Positions 18,019 through 27,412 of a stretch of DNA of 64,000 nucleotides are shown piece by piece. A program made the position numbers and the translations under genes. The notes below the pieces were generated by a model that saw nothing but the letters and a program-made list of their open reading frames with translations, ran no database searches and was not told the DNA's origin. The number at the start of each line of letters is the position of its first letter. Position 1 is the first letter of the stretch. The DNA comes from an uncultured Lachnospiraceae bacterium (GTDB lineage Bacteria; Bacillota; Clostridia; Lachnospirales; Lachnospiraceae). The stretch spans positions 1,931 through 65,930 of the forward strand of contig CAJUKA010000016.1 in assembly GCA_910586585.1 (NCBI GenBank). The letters run 5' to 3'.

Positions 18019-19255
18019 CCCATACCCTTGCGTCAGGGTGTTCTACATCTTTTTCGATTGTTCCAAGAATATAACATTGGTGATAGTGTTTTATCATGTT
18101 CACAGCCTCGTCACACTGCTCCTTAGGAACTGCCAAAATCATACTGATACCCAGGGAAAAATCCTCTAAAAAACATTCTCTGTCCATCATATTCAAATCA
18201 TATAGATATCGGAACAGCGGCGGAATTGGTATTGATGAAACGCAAAGATTCGCACCTAGCCCTTGGGGAATTGTCTCATAGTATTGGCGAAAATATAATG
18301 ATTTTTTGATTTGGAAAATACCATGTACCAAATCTTGCTCACAAAGTCTATTGATAACGTTTACGTAACAGGCGTTTGGCTTCATCAGCTCATCCATAAA
18401 AATATGCTGAGCATCAACTTTGGCGTATGCAGTATCGGGTCTTCTATCAAGAATCACTTTAATAAAAGGATAGCTTATAGATGAAATGCCATCTGAATGC
18501 AGACCAATCAAAACATCGCCTTCTTTTATTTTACTTCCTGTGATAATATTATTTTTGTCCACTACCCCTATGACAACCGCTCCGACTTTATATTCTCCTG
18601 TATGATAATTGACAGCCTGTGCTGATACCTCCAATCCTGCGTACACAATTCCATTGCTCTCACAAGCTTCCTTGAATGCTTCTCCCATAACAAGAAGCTG
18701 TCCACTGTCATTATTCCCACAAACCATATTTGCTTGTAAAATCGCAGGCTTTACCCCAAAACGTATCAGGCTGTTCGCAGCATTTGACACCAAGTCCATA
18801 CATAGTTCCCTATCATATCCATTTTCCATTGCAAAACGTTCTTTTGAACCGGGTACATAATTTGCAAATACATATATTGGTTCTTTCATTGCAGAAGTAT
18901 CCAATTTAAAAAATACTGGATCTGCAACATTTACATAGCGCAGCATATCGTCCTGTGTGACAAGACGGCTCAATCTGTCTTTTGCCATATGAAGTTTTTT
19001 GACATCCAAACCGGAATCCATATAGCTGATGACTTTCCTTTCCTCTGAAAACCCATTCAGCAAAAAATCAACAGTCGTCTCTAATTCCTGCGCAATATCA
19101 TAAATCATGTCTACTGATGGCAGACTGATTCCCTGTTCCCATCTCGAAACTGCCTGATAAGACACATTCAATAAATCCGCAAGCTGTTTCTGTGTCATTC
19201 CTTTTATTTTTCTCTGTTCTGAAATTGCCCTTCCAACCTTTTCCCTGTCAAGCAT
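18014..19255 (-). CDS. XRE/Cro HTH fused to a degenerate PurM (AIR synthetase-like) domain
   Basis: N-terminal MTQKQLADLLNVSYQAVSRWEQGISLP. The remainder is colinear with PurM (SYMDSGLDV, EPIYVF, GVVDKNNIITGSKIKEGDVLIGL, FSLGISMILAV). Confidence 0.85.
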   Translation of the reverse strand: MLDREKVGRAISEQRKIKGMTQKQLADLLNVSYQAVSRWEQGISLPSVDMIYDIAQELETTVDFLLNGFSEERKVISYMDSGLDVKKLHMAKDRLSRLVTQDDMLRYVNVADPVFFKLDTSAMKEPIYVFANYVPGSKERFAMENGYDRELCMDLVSNAANSLIRFGVKPAILQANMVCGNNDSGQLLVMGEAFKEACESNGIVYAGLEVSAQAVNYHTGEYKVGAVVIGVVDKNNIITGSKIKEGDVLIGLHSDGISSISYPFIKVILDRRPDTAYAKVDAQHIFMDELMKPNACYVNVINRLCEQDLVHGIFQIKKSLYFRQYYETIPQGLGANLCVSSIPIPPLFRYLYDLNMMDRECFLEDFSLGISMILAVPKEQCDEAVNMIKHYHQCYILGTIEKDVEHPDARVWG

Positions 19256-19511
19256 TCTGTTCCTCCTGGTATTGATTTTTAAGATATGCTCTATTGTTAA
19301 TAAAATTTTATCATATGATACCTTGTTTCACAAACAATGAACAATTGAGAGATTTTTTCAAACTCAATTGTGAATGATAGTGATTTTTGCTTGTTGGTTC
19401 TTGTCCTGTGGTAATGATCTGATTACGATTGTTCCTATTCCTCTTTTGGGACGCAAAAAGGCACATGGTCTGTTCCATGCGCCTTTATCATAGCAAGAAA
19501 TTGCACCCCTA

Positions 19512-19901
19512 TTATTTTTCCATGTTGCAAATAAGGGAAAATCTGTGTGAAACACTGGTAATAATTTCCGTTTTATCGTTTTCTGCTATGCCAGCCCGCC
19601 AACTGTCTTTCATTGTTATGACTGATACCGTAAAAAGAATATCTCCAATAAAGCCAAGAACCACACCGACAGTAACAAGCGTCCGCGACAAATATGAGGG
19701 AATAAAAAGCAGGCTAAGGACTTCTACTGCCACCACGGAATAAGTGGCTATTTTCATAACCAGCTCAATGTAAAATATTTTCGTTTTCTGCTTGCCTTTT
19801 GCCATTTGGTCTGTCTGTATGCCTTTTCTTTTTTGTAGTATCATCTTTCCAATATAGACTGCATAAAACACAGCAAGTATCAGTAACCCTATAATTTTCA
19901 T
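19512..19901 (-). pseudogene. Truncated isoprenylcysteine carboxyl methyltransferase-family membrane protein
   Basis: TM helices then DSWRAGI..DKTEIITS, after which the expected G.Y..SRNP motif is absent. Confidence 0.6.
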
Positions 19902-19961
19902 TATGTTTCCTTTCCCATAAGTACAGTGTCTTTCATATTTTGCAACCTTGTTTACTCTTTT

Positions 19962-20624
19962 TTATTTACCATTTATTTCATTTATCTTTTGATAATACTT
20001 TATCATTCTTTTTACAATGCTCTGATATGATGTATTATGTAAATTTGCCTCCTCTACTATCTCATTAAACAAATCAATATCTTCGCTACTAAAAACAAGA
20101 TCTAGTTTCTTTTCTCTGACTCCAGCAATATGCTGATATTCTTCAGGATATGCATAATAACATGTTTTACACATATCTATATTTTTGGGAGTCCAATTTG
20201 GACAATGCTCGCAAGCCCATGATTTATCTCTATTGGCTGACGGTGATAAAAGCATAAAATAATCAGTATTCAACATATCAATCGGATCCCCTCCTATTTC
20301 ATAAGGAACCCTGTGATCTGGTTGTAATAATCTCGCAGGATATTCTTCTCCATACAAATGACATTTAGCTCCATAACGGTCAATCAATGCATTTTTCAAT
20401 TTTTCTGTAATCTGGGTTCGCCCCGATGCTTTTGACAATTGGTTTGTTTTCTTTGCCGCCTCCCAATCTCCAAATTTATAAGCAGCAATCGTTTTCCCAC
20501 TGCTATCCTTAATTTTAAATGTATCTAATGGGATTCCCAATTCTCTTACATCCCTAGCTGCTCTGGGGGCATGTTCATACCCGCCATTTTTTAAATCCTC
20601 TGGTATATCCATCTTCTTCTCCAT
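19962..20624 (-). CDS. HNH-type endonuclease, putative restriction enzyme, possibly shortened at the N-terminus
   Basis: CHLYG...LQPDHRVPYEIGGD...ANRDKSWACEHC; start overlaps the MTase stop (TAATG). Confidence 0.65.
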   Translation of the reverse strand: MEKKMDIPEDLKNGGYEHAPRAARDVRELGIPLDTFKIKDSSGKTIAAYKFGDWEAAKKTNQLSKASGRTQITEKLKNALIDRYGAKCHLYGEEYPARLLQPDHRVPYEIGGDPIDMLNTDYFMLLSPSANRDKSWACEHCPNWTPKNIDMCKTCYYAYPEEYQHIAGVREKKLDLVFSSEDIDLFNEIVEEANLHNTSYQSIVKRMIKYYQKINEINGK

Positions 20625-20965
20625 TATCCGAAACAAAATTCTAATTGCACATATTCATCTTGTTTACATTTTAAATTTTTACTTGTATATAAAGACTCAT
20701 ACGTTATTTCTTTTTTTCCATTAAGCGTTGCCTGCGCTGATAATCCAGCATTAATATACATATGATTCAAATTAAGTTCCTCAGGAAAATGCTTTCCTAT
20801 TATTTTATCTCCTGTCATACCATCATAACTTACAATAAAATCTATACCACGATTATTTAACTTTGCAAGTTCCACCACAAATTCTTCAAAATCTACACCT
20901 TGTATATAGCGATTATCTCTTGGATTCTCTCTATTTGATGTACCCTGGTATGGTGGGTCCATATC
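20624..20965 (-). pseudogene. C-terminal remnant of a Dam-like N6-adenine DNA methyltransferase
   Basis: DPPY motif IV, IVSYDG and ESLY are present; no SAM-binding motif I upstream. Confidence 0.75.
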
Positions 20966-21228
20966 ATCCTTAATATAAAATAGACATACTCTCCCTATTA
21001 TCATAGTATACTAGAAACAGGTTTTGTTTTCAATTAAAAATCCATGATAAACGGAACTTACCAGTTTTCGATATAGTTCATTGATTGTGATAGGTGTATC
21101 TCTGTTAAAATGCTACTTTTTTGGAAAAAGTCAAGATTTCTTTTAAATGGGGCTAGACGCCGCGTTAGCGTCTTGGTACTATAAATAATAATTATGATAG
21201 AATCTTTAAAATAACGGGTGATACTTCA

Positions 21229-22293
21229 ATGAAAAAATTATTTTCTTTTTTTTGTTTTCTTTTTTGCATCTTCATACTTTTTGGTGTGGGCTGTTCCTCA
21301 AAAATAAAGAACGCACCTGTCACTCGGACAGGTTTTGCTTTTGATACGGTGGTTTCTATTACTATCTACGATGAAAAAAAAGCAGATGTTCTTGACACCT
21401 GCCTTGCAATTTGCGAAAAATATGAATCTCTTTTTAGTACCACACAGGAAGGCTCTGATATATGGAATATAAATCATTCCAATGGGTCCGCTGTTGCAGT
21501 TTCTTATGACACGGCGCAGTTAATACAGTCTGCCTTATTATACTGTGACCTGAGCAATGGTATGCTTGATATCACGCTTCGCCCACTATCCGAGGCGTGG
21601 AATATTTCCGGCCAAATGAAAGAAGCATCTGAAAATCCTGATTATGAATATACGATTCCTTCTGCGCAAACCCTTTCAGAACTTCTAACACATGTTAATT
21701 ATAAAAATGTACTTATTACCGATGAAACTGGATCTATGGTTGAATACAATGATATCCTTTCAGAAAACAACCGTTATTTTGCAACCTTAAAAGACTCTCA
21801 AAGCGCTATTGATCTTGGGTTTATTGCCAAAGGTTTTATTGCAGACCACCTGAAAGCATATCTGCTGTCTGAGGGGATTGACAGCGGTATTATCAGCCTT
21901 GGGGGAAATATTCTGTTGATTGGTTCAAAGCCTGACGGTTCTAGCTACCATATTGGTATTCAAAAACCATTTGCAGGCGGCAATGAAGTGATTACTACGA
22001 TTCAAAACTGTGATGGTTCTGTTGTTTCTTCTGGTTGTTATGAACGTTATTTTTTGTTAGATGAAAAAAACGAGATAATCTATCATCATATCTTTGATAC
22101 AAAAACAGGTTATCCCGTTCAAAATGACCTATTAGGTGTTACAATCCTCTCGGATTCTTCACTGCAAGGCGATGCCCTCAGCACTTATTGCTATATGCTT
22201 GGACTCGACGAAGGACTTGCATACGTCCGCAGCCGGGACAATCTGGAGGCAATATTTATAACAAAAGATTTTGAGGTTGTAACATCGTATTAA
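21229..22293 (+). CDS. apbE: FAD:protein FMN transferase (ApbE lipoprotein)
   Basis: Lipobox GVGC; IDLGFIAKGF, SLGGNI, SSGCYERY, YHHIFDTKTGYP, DALST. Confidence 0.93.
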   Translation: MKKLFSFFCFLFCIFILFGVGCSSKIKNAPVTRTGFAFDTVVSITIYDEKKADVLDTCLAICEKYESLFSTTQEGSDIWNINHSNGSAVAVSYDTAQLIQSALLYCDLSNGMLDITLRPLSEAWNISGQMKEASENPDYEYTIPSAQTLSELLTHVNYKNVLITDETGSMVEYNDILSENNRYFATLKDSQSAIDLGFIAKGFIADHLKAYLLSEGIDSGIISLGGNILLIGSKPDGSSYHIGIQKPFAGGNEVITTIQNCDGSVVSSGCYERYFLLDEKNEIIYHHIFDTKTGYPVQNDLLGVTILSDSSLQGDALSTYCYMLGLDEGLAYVRSRDNLEAIFITKDFEVVTSY

Positions 22294-22341
22294 ATGTTTT
22301 ATATACTCACAAATCAGCGAACATACTTTTTCAATTCAATC

Positions 22342-22990
22342 CTAACGTTCCAATATTCTTCCATCTGTAGAGATTGTCACCACATTCCATGGGATAAACT
22401 TACCACTGTTCTGCAGCGCCTGTTTCGCTGCATTTTCAATTCCTCCACAGCATGGCACTTCCATTCTCACAATTGTCACGCTCTTAATGTTGTTTCCTGC
22501 AATAATGGCAGTCAGTTTTTCAGTATAATCGCCTCCATCAAGCTTTGGACATCCAATCAAGGTGATATGATTTCGAATAAACTCATTATGAAAATTCCCA
22601 TAGGCATAAGCTGTACAATCCGCAGCAATCAGCAAATTCGCATTTTGAAAATAAGGAACTGTTAAGAAATAACTTTACACTTTGACACAGGATGAGTTCA
22701 CAAAGGCAAGGCGGAAGATGGAGTCGATGCGGGCATCGACGACTGATGACAACGCGGCATTTGCGGACTCAGACAAGTCAAATGTAAAGATTTATTTCTT
22801 AACAGCTCCTAAGGCGCATTTACAGGTGCTAATTTTATCTGAATCAGCCATTGACTAAGCTGACTGACTATAGGCGTATTACAAATCTCTGCAGAAGAAA
22901 TATCCCTAGTAATTGCTTTTGTATTTGTTCCTGGACAGCCACAAGGAAGTTTTTGATCTGTTTTCTTCTGCTTTGCAGCAAGTACCGCCA
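22342..22990 (-). pseudogene. Fe-S cluster protein gene split by a MITE, with its N-terminal ferredoxin part lost
   Basis: CGCPG...SQLSQWLIQIKLAPVNAP | YFQNANLLIAADCTAY...IGCPKLD...MEVPCCGG rejoin in frame when the insert is removed. Confidence 0.85.
22655..22809. mobile_element. 155-bp MITE (family C) with 18-bp TIRs and a 3-bp TAA target duplication
   Basis: GGAACTGTTAAGAAATAA...TTATTTCTTAACAGCTCC; TAA at 22652-22654 and 22810-22812. Confidence 0.88.
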
Positions 22991-23063
22991 TTACAAAAAT
23001 GAGTCTGTTTTTCTTCCATTGCATTATTCTTTCGTTTACCAAGTCCGTGTACAAACAATGACA

Positions 23064-23546
23064 TTATTTTACTTCTTTCGTTTCTTGGTATTTTAATGCC
23101 TCCACCAATCTATCCAAAAAGCCTGTCTGGCCTTTAAATATCTTCTTTCTGGCCTCTTCAACTGGAAACCACTGTGCTCTGTCATTTTCTGGGAAAGTTT
23201 GAATATTTCCAGACTTCGGCGGCCACTCCATTTCAAACAGATTACTTTTTACCTTATTCACGTCTATATCCTTTTCTACCGCAAAAATCGTAATTTGCTT
23301 CTTACTTGACTGCTTAATTGTTCCAAGTTCTAATAACGCAGTTTCAATTTTACAGCCTGTTTCTTCCTCAAATTCTCTTTTCGCTGTATCTAAAATGGAT
23401 TCGCCCTCCTCTTGCAGTCCTTTAGGGATTGACCATGCAGCTTCATCCTTTTTTGCCCAAAAAGGTCCGCCGGGATGTGCTAACATGACCATCAGTTTGC
23501 CACCCATATATTTATACACCAATATACCACCACTATGCTCAGCCAT
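23064..23546 (-). CDS. NUDIX hydrolase
   Basis: HPGGPFW...WSIPKG...AKREFEEETG. Confidence 0.92.
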   Translation of the reverse strand: MAEHSGGILVYKYMGGKLMVMLAHPGGPFWAKKDEAAWSIPKGLQEEGESILDTAKREFEEETGCKIETALLELGTIKQSSKKQITIFAVEKDIDVNKVKSNLFEMEWPPKSGNIQTFPENDRAQWFPVEEARKKIFKGQTGFLDRLVEALKYQETKEVK

Positions 23547-23649
23547 TTTTATCTACCTCCAAACTTAATTTCAAACTGATTATCTATTATATCAGAGCAA
23601 TTTACTGCGTTCAAGGCTATCTGAAGCTTTGACTCAAATACTGTAACAG

Positions 23650-24309
23650 TTAATAGTTAATTCCGTTAATTGAAAGTGTTCCATTCGTAACGCCAAAGTT
23701 TATATTTGCAGTTCCTCCATCTGATATGGAAAATCCTGCCATACTGGGCTGAAAATTATCAATATCCGCCATCTTTATAGATTCCATCAATCCCTCCGTA
23801 AATACCGCTTCTGCACCAAGCTTCAGAAACTCTTCTTTGGTTTTAATCACATCAACACCTGGCAGCCCCACATAAACTGGAAATGCGGTCAGTTCTGCTA
23901 GCGCATCCAAATCTTTTTTGGAAACTGCATCTTTCACCTTTTCGGCAAATTCCTTTGCGCTCTTACTGTCTACTGCAAAATTATCCTCATACATTTCTGG
24001 CGTCTGCATTTCTGTTTCTACAGTTTCGAATTCTATCGTTTCAAATTCCATTTTTTCTGTCGTTTCTAGTTCTATTGTTTCTGGTTCTATCGTTTCTGTT
24101 GTTTCTAGTTCTATCATTCCTGATTCTATTTTTTGTGTTGTTTCTGGGTCTACTTTTTCTACAACAGAATCCTGACCTGTTTCTTGTGATGTACTTATTG
24201 GAATACCCTGCTGGGACTCCTTCTGGTTTTCTCCACAACCCATCAGAACTGCTCCTGCCAAGACAAAATTTAAAAACATAATAACTACACTTTTTATTTT
24301 CTTTCTCAT
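23650..24309 (-). CDS. Hypothetical lipoprotein with an E/T-rich repeat linker
   Basis: Lipobox LMGC; IELETTE/IEFET repeats; GGAGG RBS. Confidence 0.8.
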   Translation of the reverse strand: MRKKIKSVVIMFLNFVLAGAVLMGCGENQKESQQGIPISTSQETGQDSVVEKVDPETTQKIESGMIELETTETIEPETIELETTEKMEFETIEFETVETEMQTPEMYEDNFAVDSKSAKEFAEKVKDAVSKKDLDALAELTAFPVYVGLPGVDVIKTKEEFLKLGAEAVFTEGLMESIKMADIDNFQPSMAGFSISDGGTANINFGVTNGTLSINGINY

Positions 24310-24398
24310 TTTATTTTCCTCCTATTTGTAGTCGCTGCGCGACGGCTCTAAAGGGTAACCCCGCTGAGATCTTTAACAACTTTTCCATGGTATCCTTG

Positions 24399-25289
24399 TC
24401 ATTCATTTGTTAGGTTGATTTCAAATTCAACCTCCCCTGATGAACCTGGCGCAATTTCATATTTTTCAAAAACGATAACTGGGTGGTTCTCCCCATTGAT
24501 ATAGAACTTAGTATCTTCCGAAATCCCTGCAAACCCTCCTTCCTCTTCTGTAAAAAATGTTTCTCCTGATTTTTGTTTCTCAGCAATCTGTTTCTTGATA
24601 CTATCATTAACCAGTTCCATATAATCATCACCTAGCATATCTTTCAAAGTAACCATTTCTCCTGTTCCTAAATCCAGATTGTAATATCTTGATTCGTTAT
24701 AGGCATTTGTCCAGTTTTCAGTTCCCCTTACAACAAAGGAAAGGTAGTCATTGTTCTGCTGCTTTATCTCATACCCTACCATAATCTTTATTTTGTGTTC
24801 CGCCCATTCTTCCAGTGTTCCACCTGTTTCCAAAAAAGCTGTTCTGTATTCTTCTGCACGCAAAACTGCATCATCTGCATACTGATTACAGCGCGCAAGA
24901 ATTTCCTGATTGATTTCATCTACGTTAATTCCTGTATCCTCTGCAATCATTTCAATCGTTGGAATTTCCACAGACACAGCGATATCGTCCTTTTCTGTTT
25001 CATATGAGCGAAATGTCAATATCCGGGCCAGTCCTCCAACTACAGGAAGCTGTGCGGCTTCCTTTGCAAATACTGCGCTTGTATTCAAAGCCGCCGTGAA
25101 AAGAATACATACAGCGGCTGCGGCTTCTATGCCATGGACTACATGTTTAAACCGACGCCTTTTCCAAACTCTGTCCTTTTCCTCCTGCTGCCTACGTGAT
25201 TTCATTATCTCCTGCTGTATCCGAACATTCAGCTCTTCTGGAATGACAATTTCATCGTACCTTTCTTTCATTTTCTCTAATCTATCCAT
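24399..25289 (-). CDS. rsiV: Anti-sigma factor, RsiV-like
   Basis: YDEIVIPEEL N-terminus, one TM helix, C-terminal FYINGENHPVIVFEKYEIAPGSSGEVEF; overlaps the ECF sigma gene. Confidence 0.8.
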   Translation of the reverse strand: MDRLEKMKERYDEIVIPEELNVRIQQEIMKSRRQQEEKDRVWKRRRFKHVVHGIEAAAAVCILFTAALNTSAVFAKEAAQLPVVGGLARILTFRSYETEKDDIAVSVEIPTIEMIAEDTGINVDEINQEILARCNQYADDAVLRAEEYRTAFLETGGTLEEWAEHKIKIMVGYEIKQQNNDYLSFVVRGTENWTNAYNESRYYNLDLGTGEMVTLKDMLGDDYMELVNDSIKKQIAEKQKSGETFFTEEEGGFAGISEDTKFYINGENHPVIVFEKYEIAPGSSGEVEFEINLTNE

Positions 25290-25786
25290 AAATCCACCTC
25301 CTGAATATTTTCTTTTAATAGCTTTAACCCCCGATAAAGTTTCGTTTTCACGGTATTCAGCTTCAATCCGGTAATACAAGATATTTCTTTCAAAGACAGT
25401 TCCTCAAAAAATCGAAGCTTTATAATTCCCTGAACATCCAGCTCCAACTTATCTAATTCCTGCTCTATATCACCTCCCTGCTCGTACCCCTTTTCATAAT
25501 ACCCCACTTCTTGCTGCGCAGCATCGGCAGTCAAAACAACTTTGTTCCGCTTTTTTAATACCATTAAACATTCATTAATCAATATTCTATAAAACCATGT
25601 ATTGACTGCATCTGCATTTTTAATGTTTTCATGTGCTTCAAGCGCTTTGCATACAGCACTCTGGACAGCATCAAGCGCATCTTCCTGATGTTTGGTATAG
25701 CTATAAGCTATCCGATAAAACCGGTCTTGATTTTCAAGAATATACTGAATCAGTCTTTCATATAATACTTGTTTCATTGCTGTCAC
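25277..25786 (-). CDS. sigV: ECF sigma factor, SigV-like
   Basis: FYRIAYSY...DALDAVQ...WFYRILINEC; LKLNTVKTKLYRGL; TGAAAC -35-like hexamer upstream. Confidence 0.8.
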   Translation of the reverse strand: MTAMKQVLYERLIQYILENQDRFYRIAYSYTKHQEDALDAVQSAVCKALEAHENIKNADAVNTWFYRILINECLMVLKKRNKVVLTADAAQQEVGYYEKGYEQGGDIEQELDKLELDVQGIIKLRFFEELSLKEISCITGLKLNTVKTKLYRGLKLLKENIQEVDLWID

Positions 25787-25853
25787 CCCCCTTTCTGTTT
25801 TATTCTTTTATTATATAGATTTTTCTAATATCAGAAAAGTTTCAAAAACAGCA

Positions 25854-25898
25854 AAAAAGATGGTATCGCTTTTAGATTTAAAACAATACCATCTTTTT
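25854..25898 (-). terminator. Terminator of the rnf operon
   Basis: AAAAAGATGGTAT...ATACCATCTTTTT inverted repeat. Confidence 0.65.
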
Positions 25899-25927
25899 AT
25901 AAAATTTAGTTTGGATAATTTCCCACT

Positions 25928-26728
25928 TTATGATAACTCAGCAATTGCCTTTTTCGGGCATTTTTCCTTACATGCTCCACAACCAGTACATTTACTCTGA
26001 TCGATATGTGCATGAAAATCTGTTACCGTGATTGCCTCCGAAGGACACACCTTCACACAAAGGCTGCATCCGATACAGCCTGTCTGGCACGCTTTCATTG
26101 TGACAGGTCCCTTATCTTTTGAACTGCATGTCACTGCTATTTTGGCATCATAGGGAATAATCTCTATCAAATTCTTTGGACATGCTGCCACACATTTGCC
26201 GCAGGCCTTACATTGTTCTTTGTCAACCTTCGCAATGCCATTTACAATATGTATCGCATCAAAAGGACATGCTTTCACGCAGTTTCCATATCCCAAACAG
26301 CCATAATTGCAGGATTTCGCGCCACCATCTGGCACATATTTCACCATACCGCAGTCTTCTACGCCAGTATACTCATAGATTTTGGTAGTTTTCTCACAGT
26401 CTCCGGCACACTTCACAAAGGCTGTCATTCTCACGCTCTCTCCCGCCGTTACTCCCATTATAGATGCTATCTTTTTTCCAACAGGCTCACCGCCTACCGG
26501 ACACGCATTCACTGCTGCTTCGCCCTTTGCGATTGCTGCCGCCAATCCAGAACAGCCTGGAAATCCACAACCTCCACAGTTATTTCCAGGAAGAACCCCC
26601 AACACAGCTTCTTCCTTCTCGTCAACTGCTACTTTAAATACAATACTCGCTATACCAAGGAAAATACCAAGGAATAAGCCTACTCCACCAACCACTGTCA
26701 CCGCAGTCAATATTCCTGAAATATTCAT
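25928..26728 (-). CDS. rnfB: Rnf complex subunit B
   Basis: LPGNNCGGCGFPGC and multiple ferredoxin motifs. Confidence 0.95.
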   Translation of the reverse strand: MNISGILTAVTVVGGVGLFLGIFLGIASIVFKVAVDEKEEAVLGVLPGNNCGGCGFPGCSGLAAAIAKGEAAVNACPVGGEPVGKKIASIMGVTAGESVRMTAFVKCAGDCEKTTKIYEYTGVEDCGMVKYVPDGGAKSCNYGCLGYGNCVKACPFDAIHIVNGIAKVDKEQCKACGKCVAACPKNLIEIIPYDAKIAVTCSSKDKGPVTMKACQTGCIGCSLCVKVCPSEAITVTDFHAHIDQSKCTGCGACKEKCPKKAIAELS

Positions 26729-26747
26729 ATGCTACTCCTTTCTTCCA

Positions 26748-27335
26748 CTATAGCAGTCCTGAGAATCCACAGAACGCAATCGCCATAAGCCCTGCTGTAA
26801 TCAATACAATTGGCATTCCCTGAAATGATTCTGGAATGTCATTGTACTCCATTTTTTCACGGATTCCAGCAAGAATAACAATTGCAATCAAAAAACCAAC
26901 TGCTGTAAACAATCCACTTGCAATACTAAAACCAATCCCATATTTTTTCTGTACATTGGTGAGTGCAATTCCAAGCACTGCACAGTTTGTTGTAATTAGC
27001 GGAAGATATACCCCAAGCGCCTGATAAAGCGCTGGAACATACTTTTTCAAAAACATTTCGACAAATTGTACCAAAGCAGCAATTACCAATATAAAAACAA
27101 TTGTTTGTAAATATGTAATATCAAATGGAACAAGCACTAATTTATAAATAACAGCCGCTACTCCTGACGCAATTGTGATAACAAAAATAACTGCTCCGCC
27201 CATACCCACAGCAGTATCCACTTTCTTTGATACTCCAAGGAATGGACAAAGGCCCAAAAACTGGCTTAACACAACATTGCTTACAAGAGAGGAACTAATC
27301 ATTAATATTAATAAATCCTTTATCACATCAAGCAT
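26748..27335 (-). CDS. rnfA: Rnf complex subunit A
   Basis: FLGLCPFLGVS; YLPLITTNCAVLG. Confidence 0.95.
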   Translation of the reverse strand: MLDVIKDLLILMISSSLVSNVVLSQFLGLCPFLGVSKKVDTAVGMGGAVIFVITIASGVAAVIYKLVLVPFDITYLQTIVFILVIAALVQFVEMFLKKYVPALYQALGVYLPLITTNCAVLGIALTNVQKKYGIGFSIASGLFTAVGFLIAIVILAGIREKMEYNDIPESFQGMPIVLITAGLMAIAFCGFSGLL

Positions 27336-27412
27336 CCTTTTTCCCTCCTATTCTGCTTGCTAACGTGAAATATTATAATTCTTTGTATCATTTCCAAAAA
27401 ACGTTACTTGAA

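Noticed and set aside
18014..19255. Annotation as functional purM
   Set aside because: The ATP-, metal- and substrate-binding motifs are substituted, an HTH is fused, and there is no pur operon context.
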